From contig OZ252100.1 of assembly GCA_965248435.1 (NCBI GenBank), positions 2,176,001 to 2,240,000 on the forward strand: a stretch of DNA of 64,000 nucleotides, given 5' to 3'. Positions 47,409 to 56,158 of the stretch are shown here, piece by piece. The translations under genes and the position numbers were made by a program. Every line of letters begins with the position of its first letter. The first letter of the stretch is position 1. Under the pieces are notes generated by a model that searched no databases, had not been told where the DNA came from, and saw nothing but the letters and a program-made list of their open reading frames with translations. This DNA comes from Candidatus Latescibacterota bacterium (GTDB lineage Bacteria; Latescibacterota; UBA2968; GCA-2709665).

Positions 47409-48134
47409 ATGAAAGTCCTCATCCTGGCCGCCGGATACGCCACCCGTCTCTACCCGATAACCAGAAACTTCCCGAAGGCGCTCCTGGAAGTCGGGGGAAA
47501 GACCGTCCTCGATCACCTCTTTCAGAGCCTCGACGCCCTGGAAGTAGACACGGTCCACCTCGTAACAAACAGCCTCTTCGCGGATCGGTTCAAGGCCTGG
47601 AGAACTTCATCGAAGCGCGACCGGCTGGACATCATCGACGATGGCACAGCGTCGAGCGAAACGCGTTTGGAGGCCGTTGGGGATATGAGGCTCGCCGTCA
47701 CGTCCCGTGATATCAGAGACGACCTCCTCGTTTGTGCTGCGGACAACATCTTTCGGTTCCCATTTTCAGGACTCAGGGATGCCTTCCGCACTCATCCGCT
47801 TGCCCACGTCTGCGCCTACCAGGAGCAAAGCTTGGAAAAGCGCCAGGAAAAAGGCAATGTCGTTCTGGATGAAGACAATCGGATCCTCGAAATGCACGAA
47901 AAACCCCGAAATCCGAAATCACTGTGGGCAACGGCCCCCCTTTACGTGTATCCAGCCTCAACCCTTCCTCGAATCGAGGAGTACTTGCACATCGGCGAGA
48001 GTCCTGACGCGCCGGGCCACTTTTTGGAATGGCTTTGTAGTGTTGAGCCGGTCTATGCCTACCCCATTCAAGGCTCGGTCCTGGACATCGGCAGCCCGGA
48101 GTCTCTCGCGGAGGCGAGAAAAAAGCTTAGGTGA
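47409..48134 (+). CDS. Sugar-phosphate nucleotidyltransferase family protein
   Basis: LAAGYATRLYPITRNFPKALL, EKP, DIGS. Confidence 0.9.
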   Translation: MKVLILAAGYATRLYPITRNFPKALLEVGGKTVLDHLFQSLDALEVDTVHLVTNSLFADRFKAWRTSSKRDRLDIIDDGTASSETRLEAVGDMRLAVTSRDIRDDLLVCAADNIFRFPFSGLRDAFRTHPLAHVCAYQEQSLEKRQEKGNVVLDEDNRILEMHEKPRNPKSLWATAPLYVYPASTLPRIEEYLHIGESPDAPGHFLEWLCSVEPVYAYPIQGSVLDIGSPESLAEARKKLR

Positions 48135-48137
48135 ATC

Positions 48138-48165
48138 GTAGAGACGCCCGGTGGGGCTTCTCTAC
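48138..48165. repeat. GTAG-type REP palindrome (degenerate)
   Basis: GTAGAGACGCCCGGTGGGGCTTCTCTAC. Confidence 0.7.
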
Positions 48166-48415
48166 GACCTTCCTGAAACCCGTGCCAAACCTGATCAAGT
48201 CCCCATAAACCGTGGGTATGCTACACATCGGGCGTTTGCCTGTCAAGCCTGGCTCTGGTCCAAAAAGAAGCTATTCTGACCACAGACCACAGACCACGGA
48301 CGGCTCAACCGCAAGAAGCATCTCGTTATCATATGCGGTCTGCGGTCCGTCGTCGGCGGTCTGCCTCATGCAATCTATGCCTTGACTTAATGGGCTGCCT
48401 CTCTATATTTATTGT

Positions 48416-48540
48416 GGGAGGTAAAACTCCTAAAAGTGCCTTGAATCTACAGATGGTGACCCAACCGGAAGTTATTCCACTTTTATAGTGGAACTTCGTC
48501 AATAATTTTCGGCACCTAGTAGGTTAGGCGCTTTTTTTTT
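48416..48540 (+). ncRNA. Candidate ~125-nt rod-shaped sRNA
   Basis: Promoter-like TTGACT-16 bp-TATATT upstream; nested stems with several G-U pairs; ends in T9. Confidence 0.5.
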
Positions 48541-48620
48541 GGCTTTAACCTCAGGCGTGCGTGCACTATATCGTTTATTTTCAACGTGTTATTCAAAAAC
48601 ACCCGATTCACATTAAGAAC

Positions 48621-48649
48621 TTGACCAATGAACGAATGTGCACTATATT
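48621..48649 (+). promoter_or_regulatory. sigma70-type promoter of the sigma factor gene
   Basis: TTGACC-17 bp-TATATT. Confidence 0.65.
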
Positions 48650-48707
48650 TCAGAAGCTACAGAGGAAACCTCAGTCACAAAAGTTCTTGTTCATGGAGGA
48701 GCGACTC

Positions 48708-49556
48708 GTGAGATCTTCTCGCCCGTTCACAGAAGAAAAATCCCTGGAATACTACTATCGCGAGGTCGATCGTCATCCGCCCATTACTGCAGAGGATGAA
48801 AGGGCCCTGGCCATCCGCATCGAACTCGGTGACGAGACCGCCCTGGACAAACTCGTAAAGGCCAACCTCCGGTTTGTCATCCACGTGGCCAAAGACTTTC
48901 AGAACCTGGGCCTTTCCATGGCCGACCTGATCAATGAAGGCAATTTGGGGTTGGTCACCGCTGCTCGCAAATTTGACCGTCGCAAAGGATGCAAGTTTAT
49001 CACCTACGCCGTGTGGTGGATTCGACAAAACATCCTCAATGCCCTGGAGGTCCAGACGCGCACGATCAGGGTCCCGGCCAACATTCTCAACGACATAAAC
49101 AAGCTGCGCAAGGCCAGCTCCCGCCTCGCCCAGAGTCTCGAACGAGATCCCACGGCGCAGGAGGTCGCAGACGAGGTCGAGTGCAGTGCGGAAAAAGTGG
49201 CCTACACGATGGCAGCAGACCCGAGCACCATCTCCCTGGACACCCCTCTCTACGAGGATATGGATGTAAGCCTCGAGGAATCCCTGCCGGACAGCAATGC
49301 ACCACTTCCGGATGAAGTCGCCATCAATAAATCGATGAGAACAGATGTTGACACGGTTTTCAGCAGTCTTTCAGAGCGCCACAGAAAGGTGCTCTCCCTC
49401 TGTTTTGGGCTCAACGGACATTTGCCCTCAACCTACCATCAGATCGGGACGCAACTCGGCGTGAGTCGAGAACGCGTTCGCCAGCTCAAAGAAGACGCGC
49501 TCAGAAAACTGAGGCAGCCCGCCCTCTGTAAACGCCTTTCGGCCTACGTCGAGTAA
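48708..49556 (+). CDS. RNA polymerase sigma factor, RpoD/SigA/RpoS family, lacking region 1.1
   Basis: ANLRFVIHVAK, DLINEGNLGL, KFITYAVWWIRQ, VSRERVRQ; GTG start behind GGAGGAG. Confidence 0.93.
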   Translation: MRSSRPFTEEKSLEYYYREVDRHPPITAEDERALAIRIELGDETALDKLVKANLRFVIHVAKDFQNLGLSMADLINEGNLGLVTAARKFDRRKGCKFITYAVWWIRQNILNALEVQTRTIRVPANILNDINKLRKASSRLAQSLERDPTAQEVADEVECSAEKVAYTMAADPSTISLDTPLYEDMDVSLEESLPDSNAPLPDEVAINKSMRTDVDTVFSSLSERHRKVLSLCFGLNGHLPSTYHQIGTQLGVSRERVRQLKEDALRKLRQPALCKRLSAYVE

Positions 49557-49714
49557 CGTCTCCCAACCTCCAATTCCTCTCGCTTTTGGTAGCTCACTGC
49601 ACCCCACTGTGCCATCCGCTCCATCTTCTTCTTATCCTTGACACGATGGGCTAGAATACCCCTATTTACACTACCTTCCCGCGTTATCTACGATCGCATC
49701 TTTAGGACCATAAA

Positions 49715-50473
49715 ATGAAGATCATCCTGCTGACGGTGATCGGTGCCCTCATCCTGTTGTGGGCTGGGGTTCTTGCGCTCCTCAAATGGGTGCACCCCAT
49801 CCTCAAACGCCACGTCCTCTGGCTCGGCGTCTACGCGAGTGTCCTCAGCGGCCTGCTCATCTACCTCGTCATCCAGACCTCAATCACACAACAAGATGCA
49901 GCCCTCGTAAAGACCCGAGCGCGGCTCAACCACGAACTGGAAACATTCCGGGAAAAGTTGAACGATCTTACGAACCGACTCATGGGCCAGATCGTAGAGA
50001 AGGCGGAGCTCACGGAGTCCGAGTGGAAAGTCAGAGGCGACCTTCAGACCGAGCGGAGCCAGCACACACGAGCTCGGGAAGACCTGGCCGGTGCGCGCGA
50101 TCAGCTCACCGATACTCAGAGCGAGCTGATAAAGGAAGCCGCTTCTCACAAAGCTTATCTAGACAGCCTGAATACCGAGCGAGCGCTCCACAGGGCCACG
50201 CGGGTGAGTCTCCAAAAAGAGGAGCAGAAAAAGGCTGACACCCGTCACAATCTCGATTCGACTCGAGAGGAACTTGCAAGAGTGCGTGAACGCCTCGCGC
50301 TCAAAGAGTCGGAGATCGAACGCCTCCGCGTCGACCTTAAACGAACAACGCAATCGTTGAATGATCTGAAACTGGCTCGGAGCGAAATGCGCCAGCAGAC
50401 AGAAGCCCTCGGCCTTCTGCAGGCCTCCCTGGATTCGATCTTTCTGAAGGTCCTCAAACGCCCTCGAAATTGA
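49715..50473 (+). CDS. Hypothetical protein, two N-terminal TM helices plus a long coiled coil
   Basis: Two hydrophobic segments followed by ~190 aa of heptad pattern. Confidence 0.8.
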   Translation: MKIILLTVIGALILLWAGVLALLKWVHPILKRHVLWLGVYASVLSGLLIYLVIQTSITQQDAALVKTRARLNHELETFREKLNDLTNRLMGQIVEKAELTESEWKVRGDLQTERSQHTRAREDLAGARDQLTDTQSELIKEAASHKAYLDSLNTERALHRATRVSLQKEEQKKADTRHNLDSTREELARVRERLALKESEIERLRVDLKRTTQSLNDLKLARSEMRQQTEALGLLQASLDSIFLKVLKRPRN

Positions 50474-50637
50474 AGAAATTTAGCTTGCCGAGCGCGACCG
50501 TCGAGCGTAAGTTAAAATGACCCCACGGTCCCACCTATCCGCGTTCTCCCCTGCCTGACGAACTCGAACGGTCCCCACACTGAATTGAAGGACCGCCATA
50601 CTCTTGAATCTGAGATCGATCGCACCTGGAGGTGTTC

Positions 50638-51504
50638 GTGACCCGCGATAGCGAAGCATCTGGAGACACTCAGAAAATCATTCTTATCATCGGTGTGGTC
50701 GCCGTCGTACTGGCCGTACTGCTCCTTGTCGCCTTTCTCCCGAAAGAGCCGGAAATCGATCCCCACGTCGTTGAACTGGAACAGCAGGTTTCTGGTTACA
50801 CGACACAGATCGATTCGCTCAATGCGGTTGTGGACGGGCTGAATGGACGGCTAGATGGAATTCGGTCTCAGATGGACAGCGTAAGGGCCTCGAATCGTAC
50901 CCTTCTGGCCTCTTTGCATCGGGTGACGAACGAGTTGAAGGAGTACCGGCGTCTTTACAGGGAGCAGCAGACGCTCAACAGGAAACTGGCTCAAGAACTC
51001 AGACAGGTGCGGGTGGAGAAAGAAAGGGCCATCACCGAGGCTGAAGGACTCAAATCGGAAGTGGACAGCCTGAACAACGCACTCTACGAAAAGACGGTAC
51101 GCCTGGTCCGTCTCGAGGCCAGCCTTGAGCAGGCGGTCAAACAGACCGAGTCTTTAGAGGCGGCCGTCCGTGCAGTACTGGTGTATTCGGGAACCGAGGA
51201 CGAGCTCAAGCAGGCGGGCTATCTTAAAACGGGAAGGTCCGTCATCTTCAAGAAGAGTTACCGTGCAATCGGCTTCCCGGACGTCGTGAATGGCGAAACC
51301 GGTGGAGCGGTATTCAGGACCTCACTGGGAGAACCGCTCGTGCTCCAGGGTACGCTTTCGGCCCTGGCCGACCGACACGGGAAGCTGGGAAAAGGAAAGG
51401 AATATAGGCTACAAAAAGGACCGCCTGGCCAGACGGTCGTCACGTTTATCGACTCCACCCTGCAGGGACAGCGTATTCTGGCCATCCTAAAAAAATCTAA
51501 ATAG
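50638..51504 (+). CDS. Hypothetical protein, single TM, coiled coil and C-terminal globular domain
   Basis: GGAGGT then GTG; hydrophobic IILIIGVVAVVLAVLLLVAFL; heptads; C-terminal domain begins YSGTEDELKQAGYL. Confidence 0.8.
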   Translation: MTRDSEASGDTQKIILIIGVVAVVLAVLLLVAFLPKEPEIDPHVVELEQQVSGYTTQIDSLNAVVDGLNGRLDGIRSQMDSVRASNRTLLASLHRVTNELKEYRRLYREQQTLNRKLAQELRQVRVEKERAITEAEGLKSEVDSLNNALYEKTVRLVRLEASLEQAVKQTESLEAAVRAVLVYSGTEDELKQAGYLKTGRSVIFKKSYRAIGFPDVVNGETGGAVFRTSLGEPLVLQGTLSALADRHGKLGKGKEYRLQKGPPGQTVVTFIDSTLQGQRILAILKKSK

Positions 51505-51546
51505 TCAGCCTCTACGCGCCACTCATCAAAGTCCCCCACCACCGCC

Positions 51547-51954
51547 TCACCACATATGAACGAACACTGCGGGCCGAACTTTTGCGCCGCTCGGTGCGAC
51601 GGAGAGCAGCGAATCCGCGTATGCGGCGTCGTTCACGATCTGCTCTCGGCCCCCCCCTTTCAGGAACAGATGCAGGTTCCGGTCAGGCTGCGTCACCAGG
51701 TCTGAAACAACCCTCCGAAACTCGCCGACTTTCATCAGGCGTGCCACCGACCTTCCATCTGGAGATAGGCCGCGTCCCCTGGACGTGTAAACTACGACCA
51801 CGTCTCCGGTCTCGGGATCGTGATGGTGAACCCGCCAAACAGGTTGCGATACGTTCAGGATCAGAATTCCCAGGGTCAACATCAGCATCATGATCCCCAG
51901 AAAGAGCTCCTTGCTCACATCGTGCTCTTCAACGTCTGCGTGAACGCGTCGCAT
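51547..51954 (-). CDS. Small single-TM protein, ExbD/TolR-like topology
   Basis: Short acidic N-terminus, TM (ELFLGIMMLMLTLGILILNV), ~95-aa alpha/beta domain; directly follows the ExbB-like gene. Confidence 0.6.
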   Translation of the reverse strand: MRRVHADVEEHDVSKELFLGIMMLMLTLGILILNVSQPVWRVHHHDPETGDVVVVYTSRGRGLSPDGRSVARLMKVGEFRRVVSDLVTQPDRNLHLFLKGGGREQIVNDAAYADSLLSVAPSGAKVRPAVFVHMW

Positions 51955-51962
51955 GAATGATC

Positions 51963-52766
51963 TCACGGAAACTCTCTCCCATCCAGCACCCGATCTCTCA
52001 ACTCTACCCAAGACCGCTCAAGCGCCGCGATCCTACCGAGGAGCGAATCGAAGACCTTTCGAAGCGGCAGATACGCGAGCAGGGCCACCAAAGTCGTCTG
52101 AAACGCGAGCACAAGCCCTCCTGCCATATCGCGCAATACCTGAAACGTCTCGGTCGCCTCATCCAGTCGCGTCAACTCCTGAGCGACGATCAAAATGCCA
52201 CATACGGTTCCCAGGTAACCATAAAATGGAATCCTGCTCAAGGCTCGCTGTCCGTTTAGAAGCGGCTCTCCGAATACGTTCACCAGTTCCTCGACCGACT
52301 CGTCATCCCGTAGTTTCAATTCTGAATACAGATCGCTTTTCCCCTTCAGATCTTCAAGGCTGGCCCGCCTCTGCAATGAAAGCGTGGCCCTTTGAGGTCC
52401 CTTCCCGGTGTTCTGAACATCCCGCTCTTCTGCCTCGAGCCGTATCCAAACGTGAATCAGAACGATCAGGTGTCCGGCTGAAGCTGCCGCGACGAGGACA
52501 TAGGAGGAGCGCCCGATCCATTCCACGAAGCTGGCGCTGTTCGTGGCAAACAGGTAGTAATAGATCGCAATCGACGCGATAACCAGTCCTGCGACCGCGC
52601 CGACCAACGCACTCATCAGTGTAGAACTCGTTGGAGCCAGATTGAACCGGTTCTCCTCCTGCAGAATCCGCTCCATTTTCAACATCAAGACCCTTGCGCC
52701 GGCCATCGCGGCCACGGCTGCAAAGACCGAGGCTGAGAGCATCTCCAACCACGTAATCTTTCCCAC
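51963..52766 (-). CDS. MotA/TolQ/ExbB proton channel family protein with extra N-terminal TMs
   Basis: IPFYGYLGTVCGI and LAFQTTLVAL signature helices; GTG start overlapping the upstream stop. Confidence 0.8.
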   Translation of the reverse strand: MGKITWLEMLSASVFAAVAAMAGARVLMLKMERILQEENRFNLAPTSSTLMSALVGAVAGLVIASIAIYYYLFATNSASFVEWIGRSSYVLVAAASAGHLIVLIHVWIRLEAEERDVQNTGKGPQRATLSLQRRASLEDLKGKSDLYSELKLRDDESVEELVNVFGEPLLNGQRALSRIPFYGYLGTVCGILIVAQELTRLDEATETFQVLRDMAGGLVLAFQTTLVALLAYLPLRKVFDSLLGRIAALERSWVELRDRVLDGREFP

Positions 52767-54031
52767 TAAGACCTCATCAAATCTTGACGGTGGCTCAAAA
52801 ATCCGTAGGTGACGTATATGGCAAGGATCGCGGTCGGGATCCAGAGGCCGTTCCTCGACCGGCGCTTGCCCGTCCACGATCCACCCGCACCGAATGCGGC
52901 GCTTCCGTCGGGTTGGCCTCTTCCGGTTCTACCCTTCAGCCCTTCTTCCGATCGTCCACGCCCGGAGGATCTTTCACGGGAGCCGCTCCCCAGTTCCTTT
53001 GGAGGCCGGTAGGCAGCCTGCCGGTCCCCAACCGCTTCGCCGACGGCTGAGAGTGGATATGACGGGTTCGCTTCGCCCTCGCCCTTTAACGCGCGAGCCT
53101 GCGGGAAAAGAAGCTCCGCTACCCTTTCAGGAAGCCGCCTCGACCAGGCCAGCACCTGCTCCGCCACCGGTGTCGTCGCCCATTCCCGGAGTGGGCCCGC
53201 ACGGCCAAGCGTCAGGCTGAGGGACTTGCCTTCCCGGCCTGAGTAGACAGGGTAGTCCAGCTTGTCGGATCTCCGATCCGCCAGCATGCCGCCGAGTTCC
53301 ACACGCCTTTTCTGCAGGTGCGTCAAGGACCTGAGAAACGTGTCGTACTCCATGGTTTGATTCACCGAGCGCGGCGGTCGCTCCTCTCGGATCGCACCTT
53401 CAGACAGAGCTCGTGTTATTTCGCCGATTTCGAAGGTGCGTTCCATTTCAACCGTCCCGAACAGGTTGCCTCCCCAGATGACGGTCGCGTCCGGGATGTC
53501 CGGCACGGGATGCGCATAGGCGATCTCCCGAGCCTGGGCACCTTCAGCCCGCCACGCCTGATCCGAGACCAGTACTCGAAACAGCCGACCTTCCGCGTCT
53601 TTAAGATACAACCCGCAGAGAAACCCGCTCTCAATCCAGTTTGTGTCCCAGCATCGAACGCGAATCCGGTTCTGATGCCTCAGATAGAGCTCAGGGATCT
53701 TCACCTCCAAAGGGGTAAGGCGCGTTTCCCCTACCGGATAGTCGTTAATCCAAACGCGTGCCTCGTCGTCCGCCCAGAAGATCAACGAGAGAGACATCCC
53801 CTGAGGGATCATCCCACTCCGCTCACCCTCTGGAAGTCGCGCTGCCTCCGCGGCGTCGGGGTCCACCGCCTCCATCGCCCGCACCAGGCTGTCAATCTCA
53901 GCAGAAACAGCGTTATACTCCCATCGGAGAGAGAGTCGATCATCGGCGGCCCTGGCATCAGCCGTAGACACGACAGCGCAGATGAGTCCCCAATAAACAG
54001 CCTTTAGGCCAAACAACCCGTTATCCTTCAT
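52766..54031 (-). CDS. Secreted, C-terminally anchored protein with a lectin/galactose-binding-like domain
   Basis: Signal peptide ending ADARA; ADDEARVWIND...IRVRCWD...GFLCGL...VSDQAWRA beta pattern; G/R/S-rich linker; C-terminal TM. Confidence 0.65.
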   Translation of the reverse strand: MKDNGLFGLKAVYWGLICAVVSTADARAADDRLSLRWEYNAVSAEIDSLVRAMEAVDPDAAEAARLPEGERSGMIPQGMSLSLIFWADDEARVWINDYPVGETRLTPLEVKIPELYLRHQNRIRVRCWDTNWIESGFLCGLYLKDAEGRLFRVLVSDQAWRAEGAQAREIAYAHPVPDIPDATVIWGGNLFGTVEMERTFEIGEITRALSEGAIREERPPRSVNQTMEYDTFLRSLTHLQKRRVELGGMLADRRSDKLDYPVYSGREGKSLSLTLGRAGPLREWATTPVAEQVLAWSRRLPERVAELLFPQARALKGEGEANPSYPLSAVGEAVGDRQAAYRPPKELGSGSRERSSGRGRSEEGLKGRTGRGQPDGSAAFGAGGSWTGKRRSRNGLWIPTAILAIYVTYGFLSHRQDLMRS

Positions 54032-54878
54032 CTTCCCGCACACCTTTGAGGATCTTCGCGAGCGGATCTGCGAACGAGATCTGGCTGTCGTCTTCGGGTG
54101 CATACCCGATCATCTTCCGGGCATTGGCGAGGCTCCAGAATCGGTGTGTATTTCCGCTGATTCCGTAGAAGATCTGGAACGGTACCCCGTTCTCATCTTC
54201 TATGTTTTCCGTTTCAATGCTCTTGATGACCAGCTGCTGCTGGTCCCGCACGCTCAGATATGCGCCAAGTTCACGGTGGAGTTTCTTCAGATCGGGTGGG
54301 CCGTCCCCTTCGTTTATGATGGTCTCGCGAGGCGCTCCGATACGGAGCTGCACGTTCTCCAATTTCCTGCCGCCGCTAACCCTGCCGGTCGCGAAGGCAA
54401 AACCCAGGTGTTCGTAGGACGCTTTCGCCCAACCGTAGAGATTGTCCGAAAGCGGGCGCATATCGGGGGTCACAAACTCCATCCGGTCCGTCCAGATCAA
54501 CCGTTCGTAGAAATCCGCCGCGTGATTTGAGCTGAATATCACGGCCCGCCTCACGCCCTCTTCGACGCAGACGTGATAGACATTGTAAGCCATCGTCACG
54601 TTTCCGACCTCGGCCGAAAAGTAGCCATCGACGTCCGATCGGTCTGTGCGGATGAACGCACAGTGGACCACGGCGTCCGCGCCCCGGAAGTATTCCCGGT
54701 ATGCATCCCGGTCGCGGCTCAGAAGATCGGTCACTACGACCCCATCCACCTCCTCCCCATCCCGGTTCTTCGACTGAACGTCGAGCAGGACCAGATCGTA
54801 GCGCTCGCGGAAGACCGGCAGCATTCGGCCGGACAGGTAGCCCGCTGCGCCTGTTAGTACGACCTTGCGTTTCGGCAT
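54021..54878 (-). CDS. NAD-dependent epimerase/dehydratase (uronate dehydrogenase-like)
   Basis: TGAAGYLS, SSNHAAD, YGWAK, LRIG, YGISGN. Confidence 0.85.
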   Translation of the reverse strand: MPKRKVVLTGAAGYLSGRMLPVFRERYDLVLLDVQSKNRDGEEVDGVVVTDLLSRDRDAYREYFRGADAVVHCAFIRTDRSDVDGYFSAEVGNVTMAYNVYHVCVEEGVRRAVIFSSNHAADFYERLIWTDRMEFVTPDMRPLSDNLYGWAKASYEHLGFAFATGRVSGGRKLENVQLRIGAPRETIINEGDGPPDLKKLHRELGAYLSVRDQQQLVIKSIETENIEDENGVPFQIFYGISGNTHRFWSLANARKMIGYAPEDDSQISFADPLAKILKGVREDEG

Positions 54879-55065
54879 GGAGCATTCCTTTCCGTTTCTT
54901 CACCATGCGAAGGATAACTTGAGCCCTTCCGTCATCCTTCAGCGGCCAAGGTGATCAAGAATGCGGCAGACCACGGACGACGGACCGCCTAAATCTAGGA
55001 GCTGTTCATCTCGTGGTCCACAGTCCGTCGTCTGCTCCCAGCTTATTTCTAGGTCACAGCAGTGG

Positions 55066-56157
55066 TCAGGCCTTCTCCATCAAGTAGCCCGCGGTTCCAG
55101 AAGGAGACGCGCTGACCGGCTTATGAATCGTGACTCGGCGACCCTCCTGAACGCCATCCTCATAGGCACGCGTCACTCGCACCCCGCCGCTATATCGCGT
55201 CTCCACCCTCGGGTTCAGGTGGCGATAGAATGCCTTCAGTTTTGAGTCTCCCTTCCACACAAGTGCGTGTGTCTCCTGGAGGAATGTCTCCTGCTCTTGA
55301 AGTTTTCCATGAAACCCTTCAAGCACACCCGCGAAGTAGCGCTGGCGCTCACGGTTTGACGCCACATCATTCGATGCCCGGTAGTCTTCCCATAGCCTGC
55401 AAAGCAGGTGTGAGAGATATGAGTAAACGTATTCGGCCATCTCCAGGTTCGAAGACGTTCCGTAGATTTGGAGCACCGACCCGATTCGATCTCTGATCGG
55501 GTCGTAGCTCTGGGCCCAGATGACTTCGACGAAGAAGAAATCGCCCAATATCGTGGCCAGCCAGAGTTCTGCCGCAGTGTGTCGCCCCTTCACCTCTCCC
55601 AGGCACCGCGTCTCGAAGGCTCGCTCCTCATCCAGTTCCAGCAAATCCAGGTTGTACTTTGCCAGGAGATATCTCGCCTTCTTGACGGCCGTCTGAGCTT
55701 CGTGCTCATTCGGACTGTTGGCCAGGGAAAGCAGTTTTTTGAGCAGCCGCAGAACCTTCCCTTCATCCGCTCCGCCTGGTGGATTTCTCAGGGCTTCAGC
55801 CTTTGTCTCAGCACGTGGGCTGCAGCGAAGCCGCTTGCACGCCTCTTTGAAGGCCGACCCGTGAGGCGGTTCTCCGTCCGCTTTCAGGACTTCCGACACA
55901 TACTGGTGAGCCATCTCGTGGCGAAGGGTCTCCATCACGGACAGCCACGGATCTTGTTTGATGTGTGACTCGGAGATCGCCAGGGTCCTCCGGGTCTCAT
56001 TCCAGTGCCCCAACTCTACCACTCCCTGACTCACGCGGAAATGCGGACGTCTCATTGCACTGGAAATGTATTCTTCATTATAATGTTCCCACCAAAAGGA
56101 CAGCTTTCGGGTCCAGACCTTCCGCAATTCCAGGTATAGTTGTTCTCCCTTCTTCAT
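55066..56157 (-). CDS. SprT-like zinc metalloprotease / DUF2786 domain protein
   Basis: LRHEMAHQY plus HG..F; LKKLLSLANSPNEHEAQTA. Confidence 0.85.
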   Translation of the reverse strand: MKKGEQLYLELRKVWTRKLSFWWEHYNEEYISSAMRRPHFRVSQGVVELGHWNETRRTLAISESHIKQDPWLSVMETLRHEMAHQYVSEVLKADGEPPHGSAFKEACKRLRCSPRAETKAEALRNPPGGADEGKVLRLLKKLLSLANSPNEHEAQTAVKKARYLLAKYNLDLLELDEERAFETRCLGEVKGRHTAAELWLATILGDFFFVEVIWAQSYDPIRDRIGSVLQIYGTSSNLEMAEYVYSYLSHLLCRLWEDYRASNDVASNRERQRYFAGVLEGFHGKLQEQETFLQETHALVWKGDSKLKAFYRHLNPRVETRYSGGVRVTRAYEDGVQEGRRVTIHKPVSASPSGTAGYLMEKA

Positions 56158-56158
56158 T

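Noticed and set aside
51547-52766. Zorya (ZorAB) or flagellar MotAB call
   Set aside because: No OmpA-like peptidoglycan-binding motif recognised in the small subunit, no long ZorA tail, and no ZorC/D/E or flagellar genes.
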